DNA from: a bacterium
GTDB taxonomy: Bacteria; Patescibacteriota; Minisyncoccia; Phycocordibacterales; UBA2100
Assembly: GCA_038128225.1 (NCBI GenBank)
Contig: JAYPJF010000002.1
Coordinates: forward strand, 39,451 to 103,450
Length of the DNA: 64,000 bases
Reading direction: 5' to 3'
Shown: piece after piece, positions 1-8,935 of the stretch
Layout: every line of letters begins with the position of its first letter
Position numbering within the stretch: position 1 is the stretch's first letter
The notes under the pieces: generated by a model
The model's input: the letters and a program-made list of their open reading frames with translations, nothing else
Database searches by the model: none
Told to the model about the DNA's origin: nothing
Program-made: the position numbers and the translations under genes

Positions 1-141
1 GTATGGCTCTCCCGAAAAGCGTTTCTGTCCCTCGTGTGCACGCTGTGCACATTCATACGCCTTGGTGACTAGTGCAACTGCATCACCGTCACGGTCGCGC
101 ATGTGTTGCACAATCTCGTTAAGCGATTTGATTGCGGTCAT
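1..141 (-). CDS. Partial CDS: N-terminus of a RelA/SpoT-family (p)ppGpp synthetase/hydrolase; continues beyond the left window edge
   Basis: Minus-strand ATG at 139-141. Translation reads MTAIKSLNEIVQHMRDRDGDAVALVTKAYECAQRAHEGQKRFSGEPY, matching the conserved HD-domain opening (AH.GQ.R.SGEPY) of RelA/SpoT homologues. Not in the ORF track because it is truncated by the window edge. Confidence 0.55.
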   Translation of the reverse strand, partial: MTAIKSLNEIVQHMRDRDGDAVALVTKAYECAQRAHEGQKRFSGEPY

Positions 142-263
142 CTTGTCATCATACTGCGCGGTGGGGTACCTATGCAAAGAAAATCTATTCGTAGTGACAT
201 ACGGTATGATACACTCAAAAATGGACCCTTGAAGGGGTTCGGCAAAGAGAGAAGGAGTTGCCA

Positions 264-683
264 ATGTCAACAGCAACGGCGCGCATGCAAGCGCCACGGG
301 TCGCGGTGGCTCTCGAGACCACCGAAGAGGTGCTCGGCCGGCTCGGGTATTCCCCGGACCAGAAAAGGGCCCGGTGCATGATGGAGGCCGGCCTTCTTGG
401 CCTTGATCCGAACAGGGCGCACTGGTCGAAGAACCTGATCACCAGAATGCTCTCCGGCGGACAGGTGCGCGAGCAGTTTGCGTACGACAAGTACGCCGCG
501 ACCGCCCCTCTTTGGGAAGTGTACGGAGAAGTTCCCGACACCATCAAAAGTGCGGTTGCGCGCATTCGGGCGGCACTTCCGAACGCGAGGGTCGTGGTGC
601 ACACTGCGCGGTCCGATCCGTGGATCACAGTTGACGAACTCGTCGTCTTCGGCTGGGATTCCCGAGGCTCCTATTTGATCTGA
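264..683 (+). CDS. Hypothetical protein of about 139 aa, with high GC (about 60%+) relative to its neighbours
   Basis: The ORF-track frame 258..683 has GGAG 8 nt upstream of the ATG at 264 (MSTATARMQ...). A rho-independent terminator follows immediately. No family recognised. Confidence 0.4.
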   Translation: MSTATARMQAPRVAVALETTEEVLGRLGYSPDQKRARCMMEAGLLGLDPNRAHWSKNLITRMLSGGQVREQFAYDKYAATAPLWEVYGEVPDTIKSAVARIRAALPNARVVVHTARSDPWITVDELVVFGWDSRGSYLI

Positions 684-697
684 GCCTCAACGACTTT

Positions 698-733
698 GCG
701 GCGGCCGGTTCTTCCGGCCGCCGTTATTTTTTG
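698..733 (+). terminator. Rho-independent terminator after the 264..683 ORF (hairpin plus T-run), abutting the topA stop
   Basis: GCGGCGGCCGG-TTCTT-CCGGCCGCCG hairpin at 698-723 followed by TTATTTTTTG. Confidence 0.5.
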
Positions 734-2892
734 TGCGGATTATGATTGGGGCAGATTTTACTACTGCACCGCTCGGGAATTGTTTTTGTGCCCGCCATCA
801 TCAGAGATCCGCACATGGAGCAGAGTTCACCTGTAGGGCGAGCTTTAATTGCAAGTTTGCAATCAGGATAGTTTGAGCAAGAGAAAAATGGGCCAAAGCG
901 ACCACGTCGCTCAACCATCTCTCCGTTTGCACGACTCGCTTTGAGGCAGTCTGGGCATGTAACCCCCGTTGAATTTAGAAGGGCGTCACGTTTTATGTAC
1001 TTACACTTCGGGTAGCGAGAGCAGGCAATAAACTTCCCAAATCGTCCCTCGCGCTCAATCAGCTGCCCACCATGTTTTTCGTTGCATTCTGGACATGGCT
1101 CACCGATTTCTTTCGGGGGTTCAATTATTGAACCATCTTCTTTGCGCGAACCACTACACTCGGGGAATTTTTTACAGCTCATAAATTTTCCCGTGCGTGA
1201 AAGTTTATACTCCATGGGGCCACCGCAGAGGGGACATACGAATTCCTCAGGAACATCACCGAGCGAGGTAAGTTTCGGTACGTCTTTTTTACTTTTCACT
1301 TCTTTAGTGAACGGCCCATAAAACTCTTTGAGTGTTTTGCCATATTCGCGCTTTCCGTCTGCAATTTCATCAAGTTCGTCTTCCATTTCTGAAGTGAACG
1401 AGTCGCTGATGTAGTCAGCAAAATGTTTTTCTAAAAATGAGGAAACCACGTCGCCGGTATCGGTGGGGAAAAGCGTGCGGCCTTCGCGTGTCACGTACCC
1501 CCGATCTTGCAGAGTCTTAATGATTGATGCGTACGTTGATGGGCGACCAATGCCGCGTTTTTCAAGCTCTTTCACCAGTCCTGCTTCGGTGTATCGAGGA
1601 GGTGGTTGTGTTTGTTTATGTTCACTCTCTGCGTGCATGAGAGTAAGCGGGTCGTCGGGGCTCATTTTGGGTAACTCAACTTCTTCGCCGCGTGCTGCGG
1701 GGTCTGCTTTGAGCCAGCCTTCAAACATGATGCGTGAACCGTGCGCAGCAAATACCGGCGCGGTTCCAGAGTGGGCAGTGCTGGTTGTTCTCATAACGCG
1801 CGCGTCTGCCATCTGGGACGCAAGTGCTCGTGCGCGAATGAGCGAATAGAGTTTCTTCTGCTCTTCATTTGTTCCCGCTGATGCTTTGCCTGGGTTTGTG
1901 GGGCGGATTGCTTCGTGTGCTTCTTGGGCGGATTTGCTTTTTGTTTTAAAAGTGCGCGGCTGTGCAAAAGATTCTCCAAATTCTCGGTGTACCGTTCCTA
2001 AGAGTGCGGCGCGGGCTTCTTTTGCGAGGTTTGTTGAATCTGTACGCATATAGGTGATGTGGCCTGACTCATACAGTTTTTGGGCGATGCCCATGGTGCG
2101 TGAAGGCGAGAATCCGAATCGCGTTGACGCAACTTGTTGAAGAGTTGATGTCGTAAACGGCGCCCGGGGTGCGCGTGCCTGCTCTTTTTCTTCTACCGAA
2201 AGGACGCCCCAAGGTTTCGCCCGTACCTCTTCGAGAATTGAAAGAGCTGTTTTTTCATCCTTCGGCTCTTCACTACAGGTAAACGTAACCACGTGCCCAT
2301 CTTTTGTTTTTACGTCAGCAGTGAGCACCCAAAAATCTTCAGGTACAAAGGCGCGAATCTCTCGCTCCCGTTCCATGAGGATTCTCAATGCGGGGGATTG
2401 CACACGGCCTGCGGAAAGGCCGTAGCGTACTTTTTGCCAGATGAGTCCCGACAAATCATACCCAAACAGACGATCGAGCACACGGCGGGCTTCCTGCGCT
2501 TCCCGCAATTTGGTGTCGATTGCACGCGGATGCGTGAGCGCTTCTTTTATGGCGTTCTCGGTTATTTCGTGGAACACAATACGGTGTGCTTTTTTGAGGT
2601 GCAGTGTTTGTGACAAATGCCACGCGATCGCTTCTCCTTCGCGATCGGGGTCGGTTGCCAGAATAACGTTGTCTGCTTTTTTCGCTGCTTTTGACAGTTC
2701 TTCGATAACCGCTTCTTTGCCTTTTACAATCTGGTAGTTTGGTGCAAAGTCATTTTTTATATCGATTGCGTTTTTGTTACTTTTCGGCAAATCGCGAATA
2801 TGGCCGACTGACGCGCGAACGACATACCCCTTGCCGAGGTATTTCTCAATCGTCTTTGCTTTTGACGGTGACTCAACAATAACGAGCTCCAT
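724..2892 (-). CDS. topA: DNA topoisomerase I with C-terminal zinc-ribbon repeats
   Basis: 722-aa ORF. N-terminal Toprim motif (MELVIVESPSKAKTIEKYLG...GHIRDLP), TOP1A core, and multiple C-terminal CxxC...CxxC zinc-ribbon modules. Confidence 0.95.
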   Translation of the reverse strand: MELVIVESPSKAKTIEKYLGKGYVVRASVGHIRDLPKSNKNAIDIKNDFAPNYQIVKGKEAVIEELSKAAKKADNVILATDPDREGEAIAWHLSQTLHLKKAHRIVFHEITENAIKEALTHPRAIDTKLREAQEARRVLDRLFGYDLSGLIWQKVRYGLSAGRVQSPALRILMEREREIRAFVPEDFWVLTADVKTKDGHVVTFTCSEEPKDEKTALSILEEVRAKPWGVLSVEEKEQARAPRAPFTTSTLQQVASTRFGFSPSRTMGIAQKLYESGHITYMRTDSTNLAKEARAALLGTVHREFGESFAQPRTFKTKSKSAQEAHEAIRPTNPGKASAGTNEEQKKLYSLIRARALASQMADARVMRTTSTAHSGTAPVFAAHGSRIMFEGWLKADPAARGEEVELPKMSPDDPLTLMHAESEHKQTQPPPRYTEAGLVKELEKRGIGRPSTYASIIKTLQDRGYVTREGRTLFPTDTGDVVSSFLEKHFADYISDSFTSEMEDELDEIADGKREYGKTLKEFYGPFTKEVKSKKDVPKLTSLGDVPEEFVCPLCGGPMEYKLSRTGKFMSCKKFPECSGSRKEDGSIIEPPKEIGEPCPECNEKHGGQLIEREGRFGKFIACSRYPKCKYIKRDALLNSTGVTCPDCLKASRANGEMVERRGRFGPFFSCSNYPDCKLAIKARPTGELCSMCGSLMMAGTKTIPERCSSKICPNHNPHKK

Positions 2893-3040
2893 AGGTCAAT
2901 AGAAGTACCTCATTAGCCTACCATGTGTCAAGAGAGAAGGCGGGGACGGGCCTGCATGGTACCCATAAGAAACAGCAGTTCATTGACATCTCGCGTTTCT
3001 GTGGAATCATATAGCTAGTTACAGAGGACAGGAGGACTGT

Positions 3041-3148
3041 ATGGAAATTTTAGTTATTAAGTCGCTGGTTGCGATTGCGATTGGCGGTGGCATCGGTTTA
3101 TTCGCGTTCTGTCTGGGGCTCGCCGTGAGCCCTAAGAAGGAACGGTGA
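3041..3148 (+). CDS. Putative 35-aa hydrophobic micro-protein
   Basis: GGAGGA RBS 7 nt upstream of the ATG at 3041. Translation MEILVIKSLVAIAIGGGIGLFAFCLGLAVSPKKER forms a single TM helix. A perfect palindromic terminator follows. Confidence 0.3.
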   Translation: MEILVIKSLVAIAIGGGIGLFAFCLGLAVSPKKER

Positions 3149-3155
3149 CAAGTTT

Positions 3156-3181
3156 GAAACCGGCAGCATGCTGCCGGTTTC
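3156..3181. terminator. Bidirectional hairpin terminator between the micro-ORF (+) and dprA (-)
   Basis: Perfect palindrome GAAACCGGCAGC-ATG-CTGCCGGTTTC lying directly between the two convergent stop codons. Confidence 0.5.
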
Positions 3182-4048
3182 TCATTTCATGCGAACCACC
3201 CCGAGTTCTTCAGCGATGAGTCCTTTGATTTCCATCATGGAAAGGAGCGCGTTTGCCTCTGCTGCTTGTTTCTGAAGCGTTTTGATTAATACGTCACGCT
3301 CGGTAGGCTGGCCTCCAAGAATATCGAGCACCATGCGCTCATCTGGGGTGAGACTACTCCAGTCAATCGAGTGATTTTTCGCTTCGTGTTCAAACCCGAG
3401 TGTATCGAGAATGTCCTGGGGTGAGGTAACTAGCGTTGCGCCGAGCTTTAGAAATTGATGCGCGCCTTTGGAGGCGGCGCTAAAAATCGACCCGGGCACC
3501 ACCAAAAGCTCTCGATTGTAGTCACTCGCTAATCGCGCAGTAATGAGCGTGCCTGATCGTTCTTCTGCCTCAATCACAAGCACGGCGTGACTCAGGCCAA
3601 CCATGACCCGATTACGTTGCGGAAAAGTCCAGGGAGCTGCGCGTAACTTCGGTTCGAATTCAGAAACAAGTGCGCCTCCGCGGTCGAGTATTGTACGCGC
3701 AAGGTTTACATTCGTGCGTGGATATAAAACATCCCAGTCAAGCCCCGAGCCAGGCACGGCTACACAGGTAAGATCGGCATGCAAAGCTGCCTTATGTGCA
3801 CACGCATCAATACCAAGCGCCAGCCCCGAGACAATAACGATGGGAAAACCTCGCAGACCCTCAATGAGATGTTCACATACTTGCTTGCCGTACGGTGTGT
3901 ACTTGCGAGATCCAACCACGGCAAGCCAACGCGCCTCAGTGCTTTGAGGTAATGAACCGCGGATCCATAACTGCTCCGGAGGTTTTGGAATCTCGTGCAG
4001 TAAAGGTGGAAAAGCACTTTTTGGGCAGCGGGTGATTTCATCGCTCAT
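3182..4048 (-). CDS. dprA: DNA processing protein DprA (Smf)
   Basis: 288-aa ORF with a Rossmann-like DprA core (VVGSRKYTPYGKQV..., SGLALGIDACAHKAAL) and a C-terminal winged-helix-like tail. Confidence 0.85.
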   Translation of the reverse strand: MSDEITRCPKSAFPPLLHEIPKPPEQLWIRGSLPQSTEARWLAVVGSRKYTPYGKQVCEHLIEGLRGFPIVIVSGLALGIDACAHKAALHADLTCVAVPGSGLDWDVLYPRTNVNLARTILDRGGALVSEFEPKLRAAPWTFPQRNRVMVGLSHAVLVIEAEERSGTLITARLASDYNRELLVVPGSIFSAASKGAHQFLKLGATLVTSPQDILDTLGFEHEAKNHSIDWSSLTPDERMVLDILGGQPTERDVLIKTLQKQAAEANALLSMMEIKGLIAEELGVVRMK

Positions 4049-4195
4049 ACTGCAAGCCTAACACCTGGGTGCGCCAGTATAGTATTAGTTTTTCTTTTCT
4101 GGTGGTACAAGTCCAATTCACAACTGAAAAGAAGAACCTCGCGCGCTTGTGTGTAGCGCATTGCGAAGCGGCAAGATGCGTATACAATCACGTCT

Positions 4196-5467
4196 ATGCT
4201 CGATATTAAATTCATACGCGAAAATAAAGAACTCATAGCGGCTGGCGCACAAAAGAAACGCATGCAAGTCGATCTTGATCGCTTAGTCGCTGTTGACGAC
4301 CAGCGGAAAGAATTGCAGGCTCGCATTGACGAAAAACGGGCACAACAAAATGAAGCGAGTACGCGTGTGGCGAGCGCAAAGGACGATGCAACAAAACAGG
4401 CGATCATTGCTGACATGCAGCGCATTAAGGATGCGCTTAAGAGTGAAGAAGAAGAGCTGAAACCGATTATGGAAGAGTGGCGCGCCTTAATGGTGCGTGT
4501 TCCTAATATTCCCGACATGTCCGTACCGGAAGGAGATAGTGATGCTGACAACCAAGAAGTGAAAGCGTGGGGCGAAAAAACGAAATTTTCATTCACACCT
4601 AAAAGTCACATCGAGCTTATGACCGCGCTCGATATGGTGGACCTTGACCGTGGTGCAAAAGTTTCCGGATTTCGTGGGTACTTTCTCAAAAACGACGGAG
4701 CGATACTGAGCTGGGCGATCTGGCGCTATGCGCAGGATTTCTTTTTGAAAAAACAATTCACTCCCATGATCGTTCCTTCACTGGTGCGCAAGGAATCATT
4801 CTTTGGGACTGGATATTTGCCACAAGGAGAGGAGGATTTGTATAAAACACAAGACGGTGAATATCTAGCCGGTACCGCGGAGGTGGCGACCATGGGCTAC
4901 TACATGGACGAAGTTGTCGATGCCGCGGCGTTGCCCATAAAATTTATTTCGTTTTCTCCATGTTTTCGCCGGGAGGCAGGAGCGCACAGTAAAGATGTAA
5001 AAGGATTGATTCGCGTGCACGAATTCTACAAATGGGAGCAAGTCGTTTTGTGTGAGGCGAGCCACGAAGAGTCGGTGCGCTGGCATGAGTGGATTAACCG
5101 CAACACTGAAGAGTTCATTGAGTCGCTCGGCATTCCGTATCATACGGTAGCAAACTGCGGTGGTGATTTGGGACAAGGCCAGGTAAAAAAATACGATATT
5201 GAATTGTGGGTACCTGGGGAAGAAAAGTATCGAGAAATCAGCTCCGCGTCGTATTTTCATGATTTCCAAACGCGTCGTCTTAATATTCGCTACAAAGACA
5301 AAGAAGGCAAGATGCGTTTTGTACACTCATTGAACTCAACTGCTGTACCAACGCCTCGCGTGCTTGTCTCTTTGGTAGAAAACTTTCAGCAGGCGGATGG
5401 CTCGATTATGATTCCGGAAGTGCTCCGGCCATACGTTGGGAAAGATGCCATCACATCGAAGTCATAA
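4196..5467 (+). CDS. serS: Seryl-tRNA synthetase
   Basis: 423-aa ORF with an N-terminal coiled-coil arm (MLDIKFIREN...) and class-II aaRS core motifs (FRREAGAHSKD, GGDLGQGQVKKYDIELWVP). Confidence 0.95.
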   Translation: MLDIKFIRENKELIAAGAQKKRMQVDLDRLVAVDDQRKELQARIDEKRAQQNEASTRVASAKDDATKQAIIADMQRIKDALKSEEEELKPIMEEWRALMVRVPNIPDMSVPEGDSDADNQEVKAWGEKTKFSFTPKSHIELMTALDMVDLDRGAKVSGFRGYFLKNDGAILSWAIWRYAQDFFLKKQFTPMIVPSLVRKESFFGTGYLPQGEEDLYKTQDGEYLAGTAEVATMGYYMDEVVDAAALPIKFISFSPCFRREAGAHSKDVKGLIRVHEFYKWEQVVLCEASHEESVRWHEWINRNTEEFIESLGIPYHTVANCGGDLGQGQVKKYDIELWVPGEEKYREISSASYFHDFQTRRLNIRYKDKEGKMRFVHSLNSTAVPTPRVLVSLVENFQQADGSIMIPEVLRPYVGKDAITSKS

Positions 5468-5483
5468 AACAAAGAGAAGTGAC

Positions 5484-6338
5484 GTGTGGCAGGCGTCCCT
5501 TCCTTTGACTGAACGTCCAAAAAAGAAGCGGTCGCTTGCCGTGGAGAGGCGTCGTCGCCGAGTTTTCATGGCCGGCATTGCAAGCGTGCTGCTTTGTGTT
5601 GGTGTAGGTTTGCTCGCGTACGCTTCGCATCATCCGTGGATAGTAATTCGGCACATTACCGTTGAAGGCACTGCGCGCATTGATCCGAAGCGTATTGAGG
5701 CGGACATTGCATTGCAGCTCCAGGCGCACGCGCAGCACCTATTTTCTCGCAGTACGGTATTCTTTTTTGGTGGCTCAACACTCGCTTCGAATATTGAACA
5801 AAGCATCCCCGCGATTAAAGAAGCGCAAGTAGCACTTGTATCGATCACTGACCCTGCGATTCGCGTGCGAGTCGAGGAACGCACCGAGTATGCGCGGTGG
5901 TGTAATGATGGTAACGAATGTTTCGTCCTTGACGATACGGGGTTTGCATTCGCTCCATACCACGAGCAGGTGTATACGAGCGGGGTAACGTTCCGCGGCG
6001 GTTTTGAGGGGAGCCAAAATCCGATTGGCATGCATTTTGTGGTACCGGCGTTTCGAGAGATTAAAAAGATTCTCACGGCGTTTAAAAACGAAACGTATCC
6101 GATCGCCGAGTTTGAAATAGTAAACGAGCGGGATGCGCGCCTTGTGCTTCAAAACGGCATCACGATCTACGTTACTCTCGGGCAAGTTCCTGAGGAGGCC
6201 GCAAGCATTTTTAAAACTGCACTCACCGCCTCTACTCTCGAAAAGCGATTGCTCGATCTGGAGTATGTTGATTTGCGATTTGGAAACCGCGTTTACTATA
6301 AATACAAAAGGGAGGCGTCAGTACCGTTACAAGACTAA
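5484..6338 (+). CDS. FtsQ/DivIB-like cell-division protein (TM anchor plus POTRA-like domain); start uncertain (GTG 5484 or ATG 5568)
   Basis: N-terminal basic stretch, a TM helix (MAGIASVLLCVGVGLLAYA) and a beta-rich periplasmic domain (IRHITVEGTARIDPKRIEADIALQ...), as in FtsQ. The listed ORF start at 5436 overlaps the serS end. Confidence 0.5.
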   Translation: MWQASLPLTERPKKKRSLAVERRRRRVFMAGIASVLLCVGVGLLAYASHHPWIVIRHITVEGTARIDPKRIEADIALQLQAHAQHLFSRSTVFFFGGSTLASNIEQSIPAIKEAQVALVSITDPAIRVRVEERTEYARWCNDGNECFVLDDTGFAFAPYHEQVYTSGVTFRGGFEGSQNPIGMHFVVPAFREIKKILTAFKNETYPIAEFEIVNERDARLVLQNGITIYVTLGQVPEEAASIFKTALTASTLEKRLLDLEYVDLRFGNRVYYKYKREASVPLQD

Positions 6339-6358
6339 GAGCGGCCAATGGCCGCTCT
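6338..6358. terminator. Hairpin between the ftsQ-like gene (+) and the 6363..6668 gene (-)
   Basis: AGAGCGGCC-AAT-GGCCGCTCT. Confidence 0.4.
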
Positions 6359-6362
6359 TGTG

Positions 6363-6668
6363 TCATGGTGTTCCCGCTTCTGCGTCTGACGCCACTTCCA
6401 CGAGGGCGAACTTGGTGAGAAAGGCTGAACCCGCATCGGGGCTCAAGAGAACCAGGAGCCGCAGCGCGTTCGTGTGAACTGGCTCTGCGGATTTTGCTGT
6501 TGCAAGAACCAGCGCTTCTGCAAGAAGCACGTGCCTCTCGAGTGTTCTCGGGTTGGCTAGCAACTTCTCCACAAGTGCATCCAACTCATTCTCGAGAACT
6601 CCACGTGAATGCGGCGCGGCGTTTTGGCCGGCAAAAAACCCTACGAATCCTTGCAGACTCATGCCCAT
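6363..6668 (-). CDS. Hypothetical 101-aa protein
   Basis: AGGAGG RBS 6 nt upstream of the ATG (minus strand, 6675-6680). Alpha-helical, Leu/Ala-rich translation. Flanked by terminator hairpins. Confidence 0.45.
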   Translation of the reverse strand: MGMSLQGFVGFFAGQNAAPHSRGVLENELDALVEKLLANPRTLERHVLLAEALVLATAKSAEPVHTNALRLLVLLSPDAGSAFLTKFALVEVASDAEAGTP

Positions 6669-6740
6669 AGCGTTCCTCCTGGAAGCGGTGTATCTACGTG
6701 CAGCTTAACGCTGCAATTTTTATTGCGCAAGTAACATAGA

Positions 6741-6761
6741 GCCGCGGCCAAAGGCCGCGGC
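6741..6761 (-). terminator. Hairpin terminator downstream of the 6766..7059 gene
   Basis: GCCGCGGCC-AAA-GGCCGCGGC, followed on the minus strand by an A/T-rich stretch. Confidence 0.4.
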
Positions 6762-6765
6762 GGAA

Positions 6766-7059
6766 TCATTTGAAAACATAGATGCGGCTACCACCGGTGA
6801 CAGCCGCTTTTACCAGTGCCAAATCGACGACAATACCTGGCCGCACCTGAACGGTGCTACTGGGGTGTTGCAGGGCAAAAACTTTGTGCAATGGGGCGTT
6901 TTTAAAGAATCGCCTTTTGACAAACAACACCCACTGGTACCCTTTGCCATTTTCAGCATCTACGCAGTGCACAACTTGATATTCACCAGTAAGTGGCTCC
7001 TGAGGCGACGGCCGACTCTTCGTTTTGGGTGTGCTAGGAAATGTGATCACTTTCGCCAT
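6766..7059 (-). CDS. Hypothetical 97-aa protein
   Basis: Internal ATG at 7059 preceded by AGGAGGGA (revcomp of 7061-7068). Translation MAKVITFPSTPKTKSRPSPQEPLTGEYQVVHCVDAENGKGYQWVL... The longer listed ORF would overlap the dus promoter region. Confidence 0.45.
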   Translation of the reverse strand: MAKVITFPSTPKTKSRPSPQEPLTGEYQVVHCVDAENGKGYQWVLFVKRRFFKNAPLHKVFALQHPSSTVQVRPGIVVDLALVKAAVTGGSRIYVFK

Positions 7060-7152
7060 GCGTCCCTCCTTTGGGCACGTTCTATTTCCAACAAAAAAAT
7101 AGAATGAACATGCTATGTAGTCAAGGAGTGTAACTGTTGCTATAGTCGCCGC

Positions 7153-8106
7153 ATGCAATCGTTTTGGGATAAACTCCAAAAGCCATTTTTTGTGCTTGCG
7201 CCCATGGAAGATGTTACCGATACAGCATTTCGTCGGATCATTTGTGAGCATGGAAAACCGGATGTGACCTGGACCGAGTTTACTTCTGCGGATGGACTCA
7301 TGTTGGCCAATCCAAAAGGTAAAAAGAAATTATTGAGAAAACTTTCTTTTGGAGAAGGGGAGCGACCAATTGTTGCGCAGCTTTTTACTTCACAGTGCGA
7401 ACGCATGGAACAGGCAGCGGCGCTCTGTGAACAGCTTGGCTTTGACGGTATAGATATCAACATGGGTTGTCCCGACAATGCAGTGGAGCGCCAGCGGTGT
7501 GGTGCTGCACTCATTAAATATCCAGAGCAGGCGGTTGCGCTCATTCGTGCGGCGAAAAGCGGCGCACCTCGTACTCCTATTTCAGTGAAAACACGCGCAG
7601 GATACAAAAGTGATAGTGAACTCGAGAAGTGGATTACGACATTACTCCAGGAAAAACCGGCGGCGCTGACACTACACGCGCGCACACGCAAAGATATGTC
7701 GAAAGTGCCAGCACGGTGGCACTTGGTGGCTCAGACGGTCGCACTTCGGGACGCACTGAGCCCACACACGCGTGTGATCGGCAATGGCGACGCGCTTACT
7801 CTAGAGGATGCCCGGCAAAAAGCTGAGGCGAGTGGGGCCGACGGCGTGATGCTCGGCCGTGCTATTTTTGGCAACCCGTGGCTTTTTTCAGAACATATAC
7901 CCACGCCAGAAGAGCGTCTCAGGGCTCTCGAAAAACATATTCGCTATTTTGAAGAAATGATGGCTGACGTGGCCGCGTATGCAGTCATGAAAAAGCACTT
8001 CAAAGCATATATAACAGGATGGGACGGTGCGAAAGATTTACGCGCGCAGCTTATGGAAACAACTAATGCTCGGGAAGCACTTGCATTACTTGCCAAAGCG
8101 GCATAG
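7153..8106 (+). CDS. dus: tRNA-dihydrouridine synthase
   Basis: 317-aa ORF with the Dus TIM-barrel signature (LAPMEDVTDTAFRRI..., VAQLFTSQ..., DINMGCP, HARTR). Confidence 0.85.
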   Translation: MQSFWDKLQKPFFVLAPMEDVTDTAFRRIICEHGKPDVTWTEFTSADGLMLANPKGKKKLLRKLSFGEGERPIVAQLFTSQCERMEQAAALCEQLGFDGIDINMGCPDNAVERQRCGAALIKYPEQAVALIRAAKSGAPRTPISVKTRAGYKSDSELEKWITTLLQEKPAALTLHARTRKDMSKVPARWHLVAQTVALRDALSPHTRVIGNGDALTLEDARQKAEASGADGVMLGRAIFGNPWLFSEHIPTPEERLRALEKHIRYFEEMMADVAAYAVMKKHFKAYITGWDGAKDLRAQLMETTNAREALALLAKAA

Positions 8107-8145
8107 GGTAGCGCAAGTTAATTACGGTAGAGGAGCAAACAAGTC

Positions 8146-8889
8146 ATGCCGCGTGCGGCCAATTCTCGAACTGCAGTGCGTCGCTTTATGATCGACGGCA
8201 GTGTTCCGTCAACACATGATGTGGCGTATGTGACTAACGACGGTTACGACACTGCTCGACGGGGTTTGCGTCGAGTCGGAGTGCATATGCGCACACAGGA
8301 AGAAGTGCTGTTATTGAAGTATCGTGCTGCTGTGCTTTTGGCGCAAGTTGCGCATCCACAAAAAATTGCAACTTTTGAAGGGATTGCGCGGGTACGAAAA
8401 GTAAGGCTTGGGACGGTACACAAATTCTTCAGTGACCCAAAGCGAGAAGAGCTCTGCGAAAAGTGGGGTGTCGTATGCGAGAAAGAGGTAACAAGAATCA
8501 TACTTGAGCGAGCAGCGCGTCGGTGGCGCAAGAAAAATCCCGGCAAAATACTAACGCGCAAAAGACTTGCGTATGAAAGCAAGCTGTCATACGCGTGTGT
8601 TTCTGAACGATTGCACGCACACCCAGATTTGTGTCAAGAAATTGGTGTTGTGTATACCTATAGTGGCTATGAAAAGACTGATAGCGCACATCTAAAAAGC
8701 AAAGAAACGTTGTGGCGTTCGAAAAATCCAGGGGTTGCCCTGACGAGAAAAAAGTTCGCGTGTGCCCTGAACTGGGAGTACGACCGGTTGGTCTCTGTTT
8801 TGCGTCGGCACCCCAGGCTGCTTGATGAATTAGGAATTGTGGGGCGTGTGACAAGGCGACGCAAGAAACTCCAGCTGCCGTGCACGTAA
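8146..8889 (+). CDS. Hypothetical basic protein with 3 internal ~45-50 aa repeats each ending HPxLxxE(I/L)G(V/I)V
   Basis: Repeats KNPGKILTRKRLAYESKLSYACVSERLHAHPDLCQEIGVV and KNPGVALTRKKFACALNWEYDRLVSVLRRHPRLLDELGIVG, plus a degenerate N-terminal copy (HPQKIATFEGIARV). Followed by a terminator hairpin. Confidence 0.55.
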   Translation: MPRAANSRTAVRRFMIDGSVPSTHDVAYVTNDGYDTARRGLRRVGVHMRTQEEVLLLKYRAAVLLAQVAHPQKIATFEGIARVRKVRLGTVHKFFSDPKREELCEKWGVVCEKEVTRIILERAARRWRKKNPGKILTRKRLAYESKLSYACVSERLHAHPDLCQEIGVVYTYSGYEKTDSAHLKSKETLWRSKNPGVALTRKKFACALNWEYDRLVSVLRRHPRLLDELGIVGRVTRRRKKLQLPCT

Positions 8890-8894
8890 TGCCG

Positions 8895-8921
8895 GACCGC
8901 GCGAATCTTCGCGCGGTCTTT
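8895..8921 (+). terminator. Hairpin terminator after the 8146..8889 gene; abuts a TATAAT box (8924-8929) 7 nt before the dnaX ATG
   Basis: GACCGCGCG-AATCTT-CGCGCGGTC followed by TTT, then TATAAT. Confidence 0.45.
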
Positions 8922-8935
8922 GCTATAATCCGGCC

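Noticed and set aside
103-678. Multiple overlapping 66-141-aa ORFs on both strands in the first 700 bp
   Set aside because: The high GC inflates ORF length in all frames. Only the 264..683 frame has an RBS and terminator. The 1..141 minus-strand frame is explained by the relA/spoT N-terminus.
1463-2737. Several 98-128-aa plus-strand ORFs inside topA
   Set aside because: All antisense to topA, which is unambiguous across its length.
4045-4596. 183-aa minus-strand ORF overlapping the serS 5' region
   Set aside because: Antisense to a confidently identified serS. Its composition (S/A/R-rich) is typical of shadow ORFs.
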